From a virus (Duplodnaviria; Caudoviricetes): a DNA stretch of 60,291 bases. A model generated the notes under the pieces. It saw only the letters and a list, made by a program, of their open reading frames with translations, ran no database searches and was not told the DNA's origin. Each line of letters starts with the position of its first letter. The stretch's first letter is position 1. This document shows, piece by piece, positions 1 to 9,134 of the stretch. The stretch is taken from the IMG/VR virus record IMGVR_UViG_3300045931_000347, positions 1 through 60,291 of that record. One strand, given 5' to 3'. The translations under genes were made by a program, and so were the position numbers.

Positions 1-134
1 TGAACAGGTCTCAGTCTTCACGCCCACGCGCGCACCAACCTGAGCAACCTCCCACTGATCCCAAGCCTCTGACCAGCACAAACGTGCGGGTGGAGGGGGG
101 CGGGGCCAGCACGCAAAACGGACATACGGGGGAC
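1..134. repeat. Terminal direct repeat, left copy (likely circular assembly overlap)
   Basis: 1-134 matches 60158-60291 except C127 vs T60284. Confidence 0.95.
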
Positions 135-515
135 CCGACGCCCTTATCCCCCGATCCCCCCCCCACGGAGAGTGACGGGTTAACCGTCCGTGACGACGCT
201 ACCCAGCGTGACCTCGCAGCGGTGGTGGGTCTCGGTGACCGGCGGGCGTCGTTGCGGGCGATCCGCGACATGTTGGCCGTGGAGGCGGACGACACGAAGT
301 GGTCCCGTCACAAGCGTGAGTGCCACTGCGTGTGTGGGATGAGCGATGCCCGGGTGAGAGTTGCGATCGCCAAGCAGCTGTGCGCCGTGATGGCAGAGCT
401 GGACGCGCTACCGGGCGGCGAGGAGGAGACGGACCTTGACCGCAACGGCGCTGCCGTCGCCGACGAGCTCGCCGCAGCCCGTGCGCGTCGGGAGTCAGGT
501 ACCGCGGCTTCGTAG
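84..515 (+). CDS. terS: Terminase small subunit (true start may be later)
   Basis: Overlaps terL start; helical pattern LRAIRDMLA...AIAKQL..VMAELDAL...DELAAARARR resembles actinophage TerS. Confidence 0.7.
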   Translation: MRVEGGGASTQNGHTGDPTPLSPDPPPTESDGLTVRDDATQRDLAAVVGLGDRRASLRAIRDMLAVEADDTKWSRHKRECHCVCGMSDARVRVAIAKQLCAVMAELDALPGGEEETDLDRNGAAVADELAAARARRESGTAAS

Positions 516-2019
516 TGTCCCGCCCTACTCGCGGGGGGTGGGGAAAGAGGCCGTCGACTTCATGGCCTCGATCGGCCGGCCGCTGGACGAGTGGCAGCAG
601 TTGGTCGCGATGGACATGTTCGGGATCAACGACGAGGGCCTGTGGGCGGCCTTCGAGGTGGTCCTGCTGCTCAGCCGCCAGAACGGCAAGGGCGCGGTGG
701 CGGAGTGCCGGGAGTTGTTCGGGCTCTTCCAGCTGCGGGAGCGGCTGATCCTGCACTCGGCGCACCTGTTCCGGACCTCGGCGAAGCATTTCCAGAAGTG
801 CCTGGAACTGGTGGAGGGCAACGACTGGCTGCGCCGGCGGGTGCAGAAGATCAACCGGGGTAAGGGGTCGGAGTCGATCCAGTTGATGTCCCGCTACGGT
901 GGGGGGCAGTTGGACTTCATCGCCCGGACCCTGGGGGCGGGGCGCGGTGAGACGGGGGATTGCACCGTCTTCGACGAGGCAGCCTGGATGACGGTGGGCC
1001 ACTACCAGACCCAGACGCCCACGCTGGCGACGATTCCGAACCCGCAGATCCACTACCACTCGACTCCTCCCGACGAGGAGATCGGGCCGATGCCTGAGGA
1101 TGCGATGCTGCCCTCAGTGCGCAAGCGGGGCAAGGCCGGCGATGACCGGGTGCTGTACCTGGAGTGGTCGCCGGAGCCGGACTCGGACCGGTCCAACCCG
1201 GACACGTGGTTCGCGTGCAACCCGTCGGCGTACTCCCACGGTCCCCCCGGCAAGGGGCGGCGAATCGCGCTGTGGTTCCTGCGCAAGCAGCACGACAACC
1301 TGGCCGCGGCGGGCAGGCTCGAGAAGTACTGCACCGAGCACCTGGGGGAATGGCCCCCGGACGAGGGCCCCCAGTGGTCGGTGATCACCAAAACGGACTG
1401 GCAGAACGCCGGGGATTCGAACTCTCAGGCCAAGGACCCGTTGGTGCTCTCGGTCAACACCACTTGGGAGCGGACCCACACCACCGTCGCCGCGGTCGGG
1501 GAACGCCCAGACGGCGATCTTCACGGCGAGATCATCGAGCACCGCATTCACGGGGGCTGGGTGATCCCGAGGGTGGTGGAGCTGGCGAAGAAGTGGCGCC
1601 CGGCCCAACTCATCCTGGATCCTGCCGGCGCGACGAACGCCCTGACCGCGGAGCTGAACAACGCGCTCAAGGCCGCCGACGTCTACGACTTCAACGGCAA
1701 CATGCTCGAGGTGACCCTCATGACGGCCCGCGAGGCCGCGGCCGGGTGGGCCATGGTCTACGACGCCCTGTCCTCGAGGAAGCGCGAGAACCCCGACGAG
1801 CAGCTGGCCGGGCGGAGACTCAAATGGCGCTCCGACGTCTGCGTCGAGGAGCTCACCGACTCGGTGCGGGGCGGCACCAAACGCCCTGTCGGTGAGGGGT
1901 TCGCGTGGGAGTGCAAGACCACCAGCGTGGTCATGTCCCCGATCAAGGCGCTGACGGACGCGGTGTACGGGTTCGTCACCCGCCCCCCGGACGCGATCGA
2001 GCCGTGGGTGTTCCGGTGA
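436..2019 (+). CDS. terL: Terminase large subunit
   Basis: LSRQNGKG Walker A, ILHSAH, VFDEA Walker B, W.ACNPS motif; upstream of portal. Confidence 0.93.
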   Translation: MTATALPSPTSSPQPVRVGSQVPRLRSVPPYSRGVGKEAVDFMASIGRPLDEWQQLVAMDMFGINDEGLWAAFEVVLLLSRQNGKGAVAECRELFGLFQLRERLILHSAHLFRTSAKHFQKCLELVEGNDWLRRRVQKINRGKGSESIQLMSRYGGGQLDFIARTLGAGRGETGDCTVFDEAAWMTVGHYQTQTPTLATIPNPQIHYHSTPPDEEIGPMPEDAMLPSVRKRGKAGDDRVLYLEWSPEPDSDRSNPDTWFACNPSAYSHGPPGKGRRIALWFLRKQHDNLAAAGRLEKYCTEHLGEWPPDEGPQWSVITKTDWQNAGDSNSQAKDPLVLSVNTTWERTHTTVAAVGERPDGDLHGEIIEHRIHGGWVIPRVVELAKKWRPAQLILDPAGATNALTAELNNALKAADVYDFNGNMLEVTLMTAREAAAGWAMVYDALSSRKRENPDEQLAGRRLKWRSDVCVEELTDSVRGGTKRPVGEGFAWECKTTSVVMSPIKALTDAVYGFVTRPPDAIEPWVFR

Positions 2020-2201
2020 CGCCTATGGTCGCCTCCGCCCTGGTCGGGGCCGGGGTCCTGCTTGTCGTCGCCGGGTTGGTGTGGCTGTTCGGGCCGTACG
2101 GGCTGCTGGGCTGCGGGGTCGTCCTGGTCACCCTGGGGCTGCTTCTACCGGTGAGGGAGCGGCGTGGCGAACCTTCTGACCCTGCTGCGCCGCAAGCCTG
2201 A
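2016..2201 (+). CDS. Small two-TM membrane protein
   Basis: GTGA overlap with terL stop; hydrophobic; sits between terL and portal. Confidence 0.6.
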   Translation: MTPMVASALVGAGVLLVVAGLVWLFGPYGLLGCGVVLVTLGLLLPVRERRGEPSDPAAPQA

Positions 2202-5200
2202 GATCTCCCGGCTGAGCCAGCAGGACGTCCTCGACCTGTTCGCGCAGCAGCCGTACCTGGGCTACTCCACCTCGGTCTACACCACGGGTGGGCGCAAGAC
2301 CGAGAAGATCCCCAACTCCTACGCCGCCTACGCCGAGACCGCCTACTGCTCCTCCAGCGTGGTCGGCGCGGTGATGCGGGTGCGGCGCGACATCTTCCGC
2401 CAGGCCCGGTTCACCTGGCGGGAGCAGACCGAGGACGGCACCGGCGTGCTCATGCACGACGACGCCCTGGCCGTGCTCGAACGCCCGTGGCCCAACGGCA
2501 CCACCGGCGAGCTGCTCGTCAAGATGATCACCGACGTGGATCTGTGCGGGAACAGTTTCATCGTCAATGAGGGCGAGCGGCTGCGCTGGCGACGTCCCGA
2601 CTGGATGTACCTGGTCCTCTCCGGTGACCCCGAGGTCGACGTGGACGTGGACGTGATCGGCTACGTCTACACCCCCGGCGGTTGTGACATCCGGCAGGGA
2701 ACCCCGTACCTGCCGGAGAACGTGTGCCACTGGTCGCCGATCCCGGCCTGGGGTGCCCAGTACATCGGCCAGTCGTGGATGGTCTCCGCCCTGAAGGACA
2801 TCCAGGCCGACAAGGCCGCCACCGACCACAAGCTCGCGTTCTTCACCAACGGCGCCACTTTGGGCCCGATCTTCGTCCTGCCGCCGTCGATGACGCCGGA
2901 GCAGTTCAAGAAGTTCCGCGAGGCCAACGACGAGGCCCACGTCGGCGCGGACAACGCCTACAAGCCCCTCTATATCGGTGGCGGGGCAACTGTGACGATG
3001 TCCGCGTCGACGTTTCAGCAGCTGGAGCTGAAGGCGACCCAGGGGGCCGGCGAGACGCGGATAGCCGCTCTAGCGGGCGTTCATCCCGCTATCGTCGGAC
3101 TGTCCGAAGGGCTGGGGGGCTCCTCGCTGAACGCGGGCAACTTCACCGCGGCCCGCCGGATCACCTCCGACATCACGATGATGCCGCTGTGGCAGGACGT
3201 GTGCAGCGCCCTGTCCACCTTCGTCGAGATCCCCGACGGCTACGAGCTGTGGATCCGCGAGTCGGCGATCCCGTTCCTGCGTGAGGACGCCAAGGACGCC
3301 GCCGACATCGCCTCAGTCAACGCGCAGATGATCACGTCGTTGGTGCGGGAGGGCTACGAACCCGAGTCGGCCCAGCGCTACGCGATCACCCGCAACCCGA
3401 CCGACCTCAAGCACTCCGGCCTCATGTCGGTGCAACTGCAGCCCCCGGGCTCCGAGCAGGTCGCCGAAGAGGAATCTGGTGGCTTCTACTTCGATGAGGG
3501 GCAGCCGCAGGACCTGACCACCTTGCGGTCCGAGCTCTTCCGCGACGCCCGGTTCGAGTCCCTGCACAAGCGGGGCCGCGGCGGCCGGTTCGTCAAGATG
3601 GTCGATCGGATCTTCGAGGCGTTGACCCAATGGGCCGACGCCGGCATGGACGATGACTCCGATCCGCTGGAGGGCTTCAAGCGCGAACACCTCCGCGAGG
3701 CACTGAAGGCGCGCGGCATCACCCCGAAGCGCGGGGGCACGGAGGGGGATTTCAAGGCCCAGCTTCGCCAGGACGTGCGGGACGTGGTCGGCGGGAAGAA
3801 GACCGCACCCACCCCGGTCAAGAAGGCAGCCAAGAAGGCCGCTCCGGAAGCTGTTCCGCGTGGGGTTGAGATCGAAAACGATATCCGCGCGGCCTTCCGC
3901 GACCTGGTGGGCCGGACCGACCTGCCAAAGCCGGACGGAGCGAACAACCTGCACGACGCCTTCCGCGAGGAGGGATGGGTTTCGCTCGCCGACATCCGCG
4001 ACGCCCTCGGCGAGAAGTTCAACCGCACCGAGGTGGATGCGGCGCTTCGGCGGATGGTCACCGGCGACGACCCGTCGGCGCGGGTCATCCCCCAGGCCGC
4101 CCGGCACGGGCTGATGCAACGTGACCACGATGCCGCACTCAAGGGATTCGGTGACGCGGACCAGCACTGGCTGAAGATCGCCGACCCGTCACCGCGGGCC
4201 GCGAAGCCCGACGAGAAGCCAACCCCAAAGAAGGCCACCTTCGACGCCGCCGACGTTGCCGAGCAGGTCGCGGCCCAGTCCTCCGAAGAGGACGTCATCG
4301 GGCTCCTGAGTGCTGACCCCACCCTCACGGCGGCGAAGCTCCGCAAGGTCGCCGACGAGTTGGACATCGACATCCCGGAGAACAAGCGGGCCAAGACCTC
4401 GATCCTGCTGCACATCGCCGAGCACGCACCGAGGGGTGACGCTAAGCCGAACCCCGACGGTCTTGACGGGATGGATGAGGCCAAGCTGCGCTCCTACGCG
4501 CAGGAGTGGGACATCCCGAAGGCCCGGGAGAAGTCGGCCGCGCAACTGCGCAAGGAGCTGCGCGAGAAGGGCATCGGCTCACCGGCGGTGGAGCAGGCCA
4601 AGCGTCGCGCGGAGGCCGGCCCGGAGCCTTCCAGAGAGAGCCTGTCGCAGGACGAGCCGACCCGGCGGGTGCAGATCCAGAACCGGATCCGGGCCGCCTA
4701 CTCCGACCTGCTCCGGGAGCAGGGCAAGCGTCCCCCGGACGAGTACGGGGGTGGCTGGGTCAACCTCGCCGACCTGCGGGACCGGCTTGCTGACGACCTC
4801 TCCCGCGACGAGTTGGACACGCATCTCGTGACGCTGGCCCGGGTCAAAGGGGTCCAGATAGTCCCGGAGTCCAACCAGAAGACGTTGACCCAGCGCCAAC
4901 GCGACGCCTCGATCATGATCGGCAACCAGGACAGGCATCTGATCTCGATCCTCGACCCGACCCCGAAGACGGCCGAGCAGTACCGGGACATGGGCTTTCC
5001 CGTCGAGGGCCCGCCCCACCCGTCGAGGGCCCGCCCCAAGGTTGACGTCCACGGGGACCTGACGCCCACGAAGAAGGCGCCACCGAGAGATCTACCCAGT
5101 GGTGGCGACATCGAGACGGTCGGAAGCGTCAAGGAACTCACTCTGACCCAGATCGCGCGAGGCGAACATCTCACGCCCGCAGGCCGCCGCGCTCTCGACG

Positions 5201-8040
5201 CACTAGGGCCGGAAGGTCACCCGCGCATCGCCGCTATTCCCGACACCGAGCAGAAGATCCGCGAGGCGTATCGCATGCTCGCGGTCCCCGGCACTGGGTT
5301 TGATCACTACGTGGCCTTCACCGACTTGCGGAAGCTCATCGGCGAGCAGGTGCCGCGAGCCGAAGTAGACGACACGCTTCGGCGGATGATGAGGATGCAG
5401 GGCGTCCACATCTCGCCACAGTCGTATGCGCGCGAGAACTATGAGACGCGAAAGCCGGCAGCGCTCATCCTGGGCGGCCAGGAGAACGACGCTATCTGGA
5501 TCGAGGATCCATCGCTTGCCCGGCCCCGGCAGTTCGGCGCCGTGGCCATAGCCGAGGAACTAGCGAACCGACGCAGTGGCGGCCCCCGTGACCCGATGAT
5601 GTCGTTGCTGTCCGACGCCGAACTGCAGGCTGAGGTCGACCGGCGGGCAGCGGCGGATCCCGTGGTCACGCACGACTTAGCGACGCTTCTTCCGGCCAAG
5701 GCGGCGAAGAAGGCGGTGCCTAAAGCTACACCCACCGACACCTCCATCCACCGCCAACTGGACGCGCGTGAGATCGCGAAGGGCCTCGGCTCTGAAGCCG
5801 ACTTCAAGCACGGCACCGGCAGCTACCTCGACGACGTGCAGAAGAAACTCGACGACGGCAAGACCCCAGGACAGGTCGCCCGGGAGGTGGAGGTCAGCGC
5901 CCAGACCTTGGAGAACTCCACCGCCATCCGCTACGGCGGGTCGGGTCAGAGCGCCTTCGTCGTCGACGATCCCGACTACCGGGCGCAGCAGCAGCGCCTC
6001 TACGACGAGGGTATGGCCAAGGTCCGACGACTGCGGGAATTGGCCGAGCGGTTGCGGGCCACGAGGCGGACGCGCGAAGGTGCGCCGGCCCAAAAGGCAG
6101 CTCCCGCTGCACCCGAACCCACCGACCTCACCTCCATCCGAGCACATCGGACCGCAGGCCGGGACCTGGCTGGCACCCTGGACTATGAAGGTCTCTGGGC
6201 CATCCCCTATGTTCAGGGCGAAGGTGATTCGTCACTAGCCGAGATCTGGCGCCAACAGGGCTTTGACGGTCCACCAAGGATGGTCAGTCGGACCGAGTGG
6301 GATCGACTCAAGGCGCAGGGCGGTCGGCCGATCTACCGGGGTGTCCGGGGACGCGTCGGCGGAATCTCAGCCGCGGAGATGGTGGATCGCTACACGAGCG
6401 GCGACCACTATCCCGGGGTTGGGGTGTTCGGGAACGGCTCCTATTTCACCGATAGCGCCAAGACCGCCGGTAGATACTCGACAAGCGAGGCGTATGGCCC
6501 GCTCGCGTTCAACGTGGGCGCCGAGGCGTTCGAGGGCAGCGCGGTCATAGAGGCGATGCTGCTTCCGGATGCCCGGGTGGTCGACTTCCACGATCTGCAG
6601 CGTCAAGGTAAGGCGTTGGGGGTACCCGATGGCTTTACTGGCGTTACCGACCCGCGCTCACTTGTGCTCGGCGACCCCGGCCGGTTGGCGGCAGCGCTGG
6701 GCTACGATGCGATCGTCATCCGAACAGGCGAGGGGACGGGGGACTACGGCAACGAGGTCCTGGTTCTCAACCGTACTGCCACGGCCGTTAGGGGGCCCGA
6801 TGGAGCCCGAGATGTCTCGTCGCCTGGCCGCGATTCTGGGCCTGCACCCAGTCTCGATGCGGGAGCGCCTCAGGGTGGTCGTGGCGGCCCAGCAGGCGCG
6901 AGACTGGGACCACCTTCCGGACGACGTCAAGGTGCTGCTGGCCGAGATCGAGCGCCGACCCAGGTAGGAGCCGAACCCACCGACCTCGCCTCCATCCGGG
7001 CACTGTCCGACCCCGAATCCATGCGTGACGCCCTGGACCTACGCAAGGTAGACGACCTCAAGGCACTGCTGCGCCAAGAGCAGCTGCCGGTGTCGGGACG
7101 CAAACGGGAACTGGTCGACCGACTGGTGGAGCACCTGTCGGGCTCGAAGCCGTCACCCGCGAAGGCGGCCAAGGCAGCAGTGCCCAAGGCGGGCGGGCGG
7201 GCGCCTGCCGCGCCGGTGGTGGCGCGGGACCTGTTCGACGCTGATGACGCCACGGTCACCACGGCCTTGCGGGACGTGTTCGAGGGCCAGTTCGGCCCCT
7301 ACACCACCAAGGTCCAGGTCCGCGTCACCCGCGCCGGCACCAGGGTCGACAAGCGGGGGCGTGAGCACAAGGTCGAACCGTCGATCAGCGTCGACGGCAA
7401 GATCTACGACGCGGATGGAACGGAGATCGGCTACTTCGGCCGCACGATCTCCCCGGTGGAGGTGCACTACCCCGACGGCACCGTGCGGCGCGAGGTCTGG
7501 GCCGACCACAAGATTGTCCAGCTCGGCGGCGGTGACTACGACACCGACCCGGCCCGCTACCACGGCACCGGCTTCGGTGGGGAGTTCAACCGCCGGGCGA
7601 TCGAGTGGTACCGGGCGTCCGGAGTCCACGGGATCAGCCAGACCGACGAGAACGGCTACGTGTGGGCGTCGCAGGGCTTCAACTTCAGCCGAGGCGGAAC
7701 GGTCCCCGACTACCTGGCCGACAACATCCGCACGTTGATCTCGGACCTGCGCGCCGGCAGGACCACCAGCGAAGCGACCAAGGACGAGTACCGCACCCTA
7801 CCGAAGCAGATCCGCGACGCCCCTGACCTGGATGCGCAGATCGCCGCCGCCGAGGAGCTGCTCACCCGGGCGTCGGGTAAGCCCGGAGATCCCGGGTACC
7901 CGACCGCGTACGAGATCTCCCAGCTCGGCCGCAGGCAGGGTCAGCGCGGCAAGGGCGAGGTGTGGTTGGGCAAGCTACTGTTCGTCTCGGCCGATGAGAT
8001 GATCCTCAACCCGGACTCGGGCGAGGTGGTAGAGAAATGA
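2164..8040 (+). CDS. HK97-type portal protein (about aa 1-430) fused to a multidomain cargo (3 winged-helix-like repeats, SAP-like, ART-like, GNAT-like)
   Basis: Portal motifs RPWPNGTT, DLCGNSFI, FFTNGA, IAALAGVHPAIVG; ART-like IYRG..GVFGNGSYFT..GYDAI..NEVLV; SAP-like KVDDLKALLRQEQLPVSGRKRELVDRL; GNAT-like YHGTGFGGEF..GYVWASQGFNF. Confidence 0.85.
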   Translation: MANLLTLLRRKPEISRLSQQDVLDLFAQQPYLGYSTSVYTTGGRKTEKIPNSYAAYAETAYCSSSVVGAVMRVRRDIFRQARFTWREQTEDGTGVLMHDDALAVLERPWPNGTTGELLVKMITDVDLCGNSFIVNEGERLRWRRPDWMYLVLSGDPEVDVDVDVIGYVYTPGGCDIRQGTPYLPENVCHWSPIPAWGAQYIGQSWMVSALKDIQADKAATDHKLAFFTNGATLGPIFVLPPSMTPEQFKKFREANDEAHVGADNAYKPLYIGGGATVTMSASTFQQLELKATQGAGETRIAALAGVHPAIVGLSEGLGGSSLNAGNFTAARRITSDITMMPLWQDVCSALSTFVEIPDGYELWIRESAIPFLREDAKDAADIASVNAQMITSLVREGYEPESAQRYAITRNPTDLKHSGLMSVQLQPPGSEQVAEEESGGFYFDEGQPQDLTTLRSELFRDARFESLHKRGRGGRFVKMVDRIFEALTQWADAGMDDDSDPLEGFKREHLREALKARGITPKRGGTEGDFKAQLRQDVRDVVGGKKTAPTPVKKAAKKAAPEAVPRGVEIENDIRAAFRDLVGRTDLPKPDGANNLHDAFREEGWVSLADIRDALGEKFNRTEVDAALRRMVTGDDPSARVIPQAARHGLMQRDHDAALKGFGDADQHWLKIADPSPRAAKPDEKPTPKKATFDAADVAEQVAAQSSEEDVIGLLSADPTLTAAKLRKVADELDIDIPENKRAKTSILLHIAEHAPRGDAKPNPDGLDGMDEAKLRSYAQEWDIPKAREKSAAQLRKELREKGIGSPAVEQAKRRAEAGPEPSRESLSQDEPTRRVQIQNRIRAAYSDLLREQGKRPPDEYGGGWVNLADLRDRLADDLSRDELDTHLVTLARVKGVQIVPESNQKTLTQRQRDASIMIGNQDRHLISILDPTPKTAEQYRDMGFPVEGPPHPSRARPKVDVHGDLTPTKKAPPRDLPSGGDIETVGSVKELTLTQIARGEHLTPAGRRALDALGPEGHPRIAAIPDTEQKIREAYRMLAVPGTGFDHYVAFTDLRKLIGEQVPRAEVDDTLRRMMRMQGVHISPQSYARENYETRKPAALILGGQENDAIWIEDPSLARPRQFGAVAIAEELANRRSGGPRDPMMSLLSDAELQAEVDRRAAADPVVTHDLATLLPAKAAKKAVPKATPTDTSIHRQLDAREIAKGLGSEADFKHGTGSYLDDVQKKLDDGKTPGQVAREVEVSAQTLENSTAIRYGGSGQSAFVVDDPDYRAQQQRLYDEGMAKVRRLRELAERLRATRRTREGAPAQKAAPAAPEPTDLTSIRAHRTAGRDLAGTLDYEGLWAIPYVQGEGDSSLAEIWRQQGFDGPPRMVSRTEWDRLKAQGGRPIYRGVRGRVGGISAAEMVDRYTSGDHYPGVGVFGNGSYFTDSAKTAGRYSTSEAYGPLAFNVGAEAFEGSAVIEAMLLPDARVVDFHDLQRQGKALGVPDGFTGVTDPRSLVLGDPGRLAAALGYDAIVIRTGEGTGDYGNEVLVLNRTATAVRGPDGARDVSSPGRDSGPAPSLDAGAPQGGRGGPAGARLGPPSGRRQGAAGRDRAPTQVGAEPTDLASIRALSDPESMRDALDLRKVDDLKALLRQEQLPVSGRKRELVDRLVEHLSGSKPSPAKAAKAAVPKAGGRAPAAPVVARDLFDADDATVTTALRDVFEGQFGPYTTKVQVRVTRAGTRVDKRGREHKVEPSISVDGKIYDADGTEIGYFGRTISPVEVHYPDGTVRREVWADHKIVQLGGGDYDTDPARYHGTGFGGEFNRRAIEWYRASGVHGISQTDENGYVWASQGFNFSRGGTVPDYLADNIRTLISDLRAGRTTSEATKDEYRTLPKQIRDAPDLDAQIAAAEELLTRASGKPGDPGYPTAYEISQLGRRQGQRGKGEVWLGKLLFVSADEMILNPDSGEVVEK
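4999..5038 (+). repeat. Perfect 20-bp tandem duplication inside the portal fusion gene
   Basis: CCCGTCGAGGGCCCGCCCCA at 4999-5018 and 5019-5038. Confidence 0.95.
6113..6145 (+). repeat. 33-bp direct repeat, left copy, flanking ART cassette
   Basis: CCGAACCCACCGACCTCACCTCCATCCGAGCAC; 31/33 identical to 6971-7003. Confidence 0.92.
6800..6967 (+). CDS. Overprinted 55-aa protein, candidate immunity/antitoxin for the ART-like domain
   Basis: ATG at 6800 (or 6812 with GGAG upstream); MEPEMSRRLAAILGLH...LPDDVKVLLAEIERRPR looks protein-like while the portal frame here is G/R/P/A-rich; stop falls just before the right repeat. Confidence 0.6.
   Translation: MEPEMSRRLAAILGLHPVSMRERLRVVVAAQQARDWDHLPDDVKVLLAEIERRPR
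6971..7003 (+). repeat. 33-bp direct repeat, right copy
   Basis: CCGAACCCACCGACCTCGCCTCCATCCGGGCAC. Confidence 0.92.
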
Positions 8041-8579
8041 CCGTCCCCGTGGTCCGCTCCGTCGCCGATCCGCAGACGGTGCGGCGTCAGAACGAGCTGT
8101 CCGACCTCTACCACGGCTGGCCCGCAGATGACCCAGATGATGATCCGGAGTTCGTCGCCCAGGCCCGGGAGATCATGGGCCTGGCGCCATTGGGCGAGGA
8201 GACCGCGGCCCGCAGTGGTGGGGACGTTCTTGATCTGATCATCCGCACCGCGGTCGACGAGAGCCTCACCCAGGAAGACCTCGACTTCCTCTACGAGGCG
8301 ATGCGGGCCGCCGGTCGCGACGTCACCCCCGGCCGCGACGAGTTGCACCACTACTGGACCCGGGGCGAGGGTTTGGCCAAGTGGGCGAGCTCACCTACGC
8401 CGTGGAGAACACTACTGGCCCAGCTGGTGGAGCACGTGAAGCCACCCAAGCCGCTGACGGTCCTGAAAAAGTGGACGTCCCGCTGGTTCATCGAGGTGTT
8501 TGGCTACGCCGCCGGGTCGGACAAGAATCGGGTCGCTCACGGCAGGCCGCCGCGCGGCAACCGGGTCGGGCCCGGATAG
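8037..8579 (+). CDS. Head-module protein; acidic N-terminus may be an immunity module
   Basis: ATGA overlap with portal fusion stop; LHHYWTRGEGLAKW segment resembles a domain of actinophage head-module genes. Confidence 0.65.
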   Translation: MTVPVVRSVADPQTVRRQNELSDLYHGWPADDPDDDPEFVAQAREIMGLAPLGEETAARSGGDVLDLIIRTAVDESLTQEDLDFLYEAMRAAGRDVTPGRDELHHYWTRGEGLAKWASSPTPWRTLLAQLVEHVKPPKPLTVLKKWTSRWFIEVFGYAAGSDKNRVAHGRPPRGNRVGPG

Positions 8580-8588
8580 GAGGTCCGG

Positions 8589-9134
8589 GTGGAGGCGCAG
8601 CGGCGCGAGTACAGGCGCGACCCGAAGGGCACCTCCACCGGCGGCCAGTTCACCGTCACCACCGGTTCGGCCCCCAGCAAGGAACGCCAAGGTCGCGCAC
8701 CCCGTCGGGTGCAGGAGCAGGTTGCGCCGGCCGCGTCACGGCGGTTCACAACCCTGTCCCGGGATGACGACAACGACGCCGCAACGGTCAAGGAGCTCCA
8801 GCAGGTCCTGACCGCACTCGGTATGGGCAGCCTGAAACTCGACGGGAAGTTTGGCCCCAACACCGAGGCCGCGGTCAAGGCGGCCCAACGCCGCCTGGGG
8901 CTCAAACCCACCGGCAAAGCCTCCAAGACGCTGGTGAACAAGCTGCTCAACGCCTACGACCTGTCCCCGTGCGTGAAGCGATCGGAGGACCCCATGAGCG
9001 AGTACGACATCCTCCGGGCGGTCACCGAAGAAGAGGTCGACCTCGACGAGGACCTGGAGGATCTCCTGGCCGGTCTGAGCGACGACGAGGTCGACGAGCT
9101 CGGCGCCCTGGCCGAGGAAGGCGGCGACGAATGA
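8589..9134 (+). CDS. Peptidoglycan-binding domain protein
   Basis: VKELQQVL..LG..DGKFGPNTEAAVKAAQRRLGLKPTG is a PGBD signature; AGGAGG RBS. Confidence 0.8.
   Translation: MEAQRREYRRDPKGTSTGGQFTVTTGSAPSKERQGRAPRRVQEQVAPAASRRFTTLSRDDDNDAATVKELQQVLTALGMGSLKLDGKFGPNTEAAVKAAQRRLGLKPTGKASKTLVNKLLNAYDLSPCVKRSEDPMSEYDILRAVTEEEVDLDEDLEDLLAGLSDDEVDELGALAEEGGDE

Noticed and set aside
1-134. Terminal repeat as a biological direct terminal repeat
   Set aside because: Length and position fit an assembler overlap of a circular contig; the HK97-type head with an adjacent HNH suggests cos packaging. Real ends cannot be determined without reads.
2965-3110. Patch of A/T-ending codons in the portal domain as a second homing-endonuclease footprint
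   Set aside because: Short and not adjacent to an endonuclease gene; cannot be separated from ordinary mosaicism by eye.
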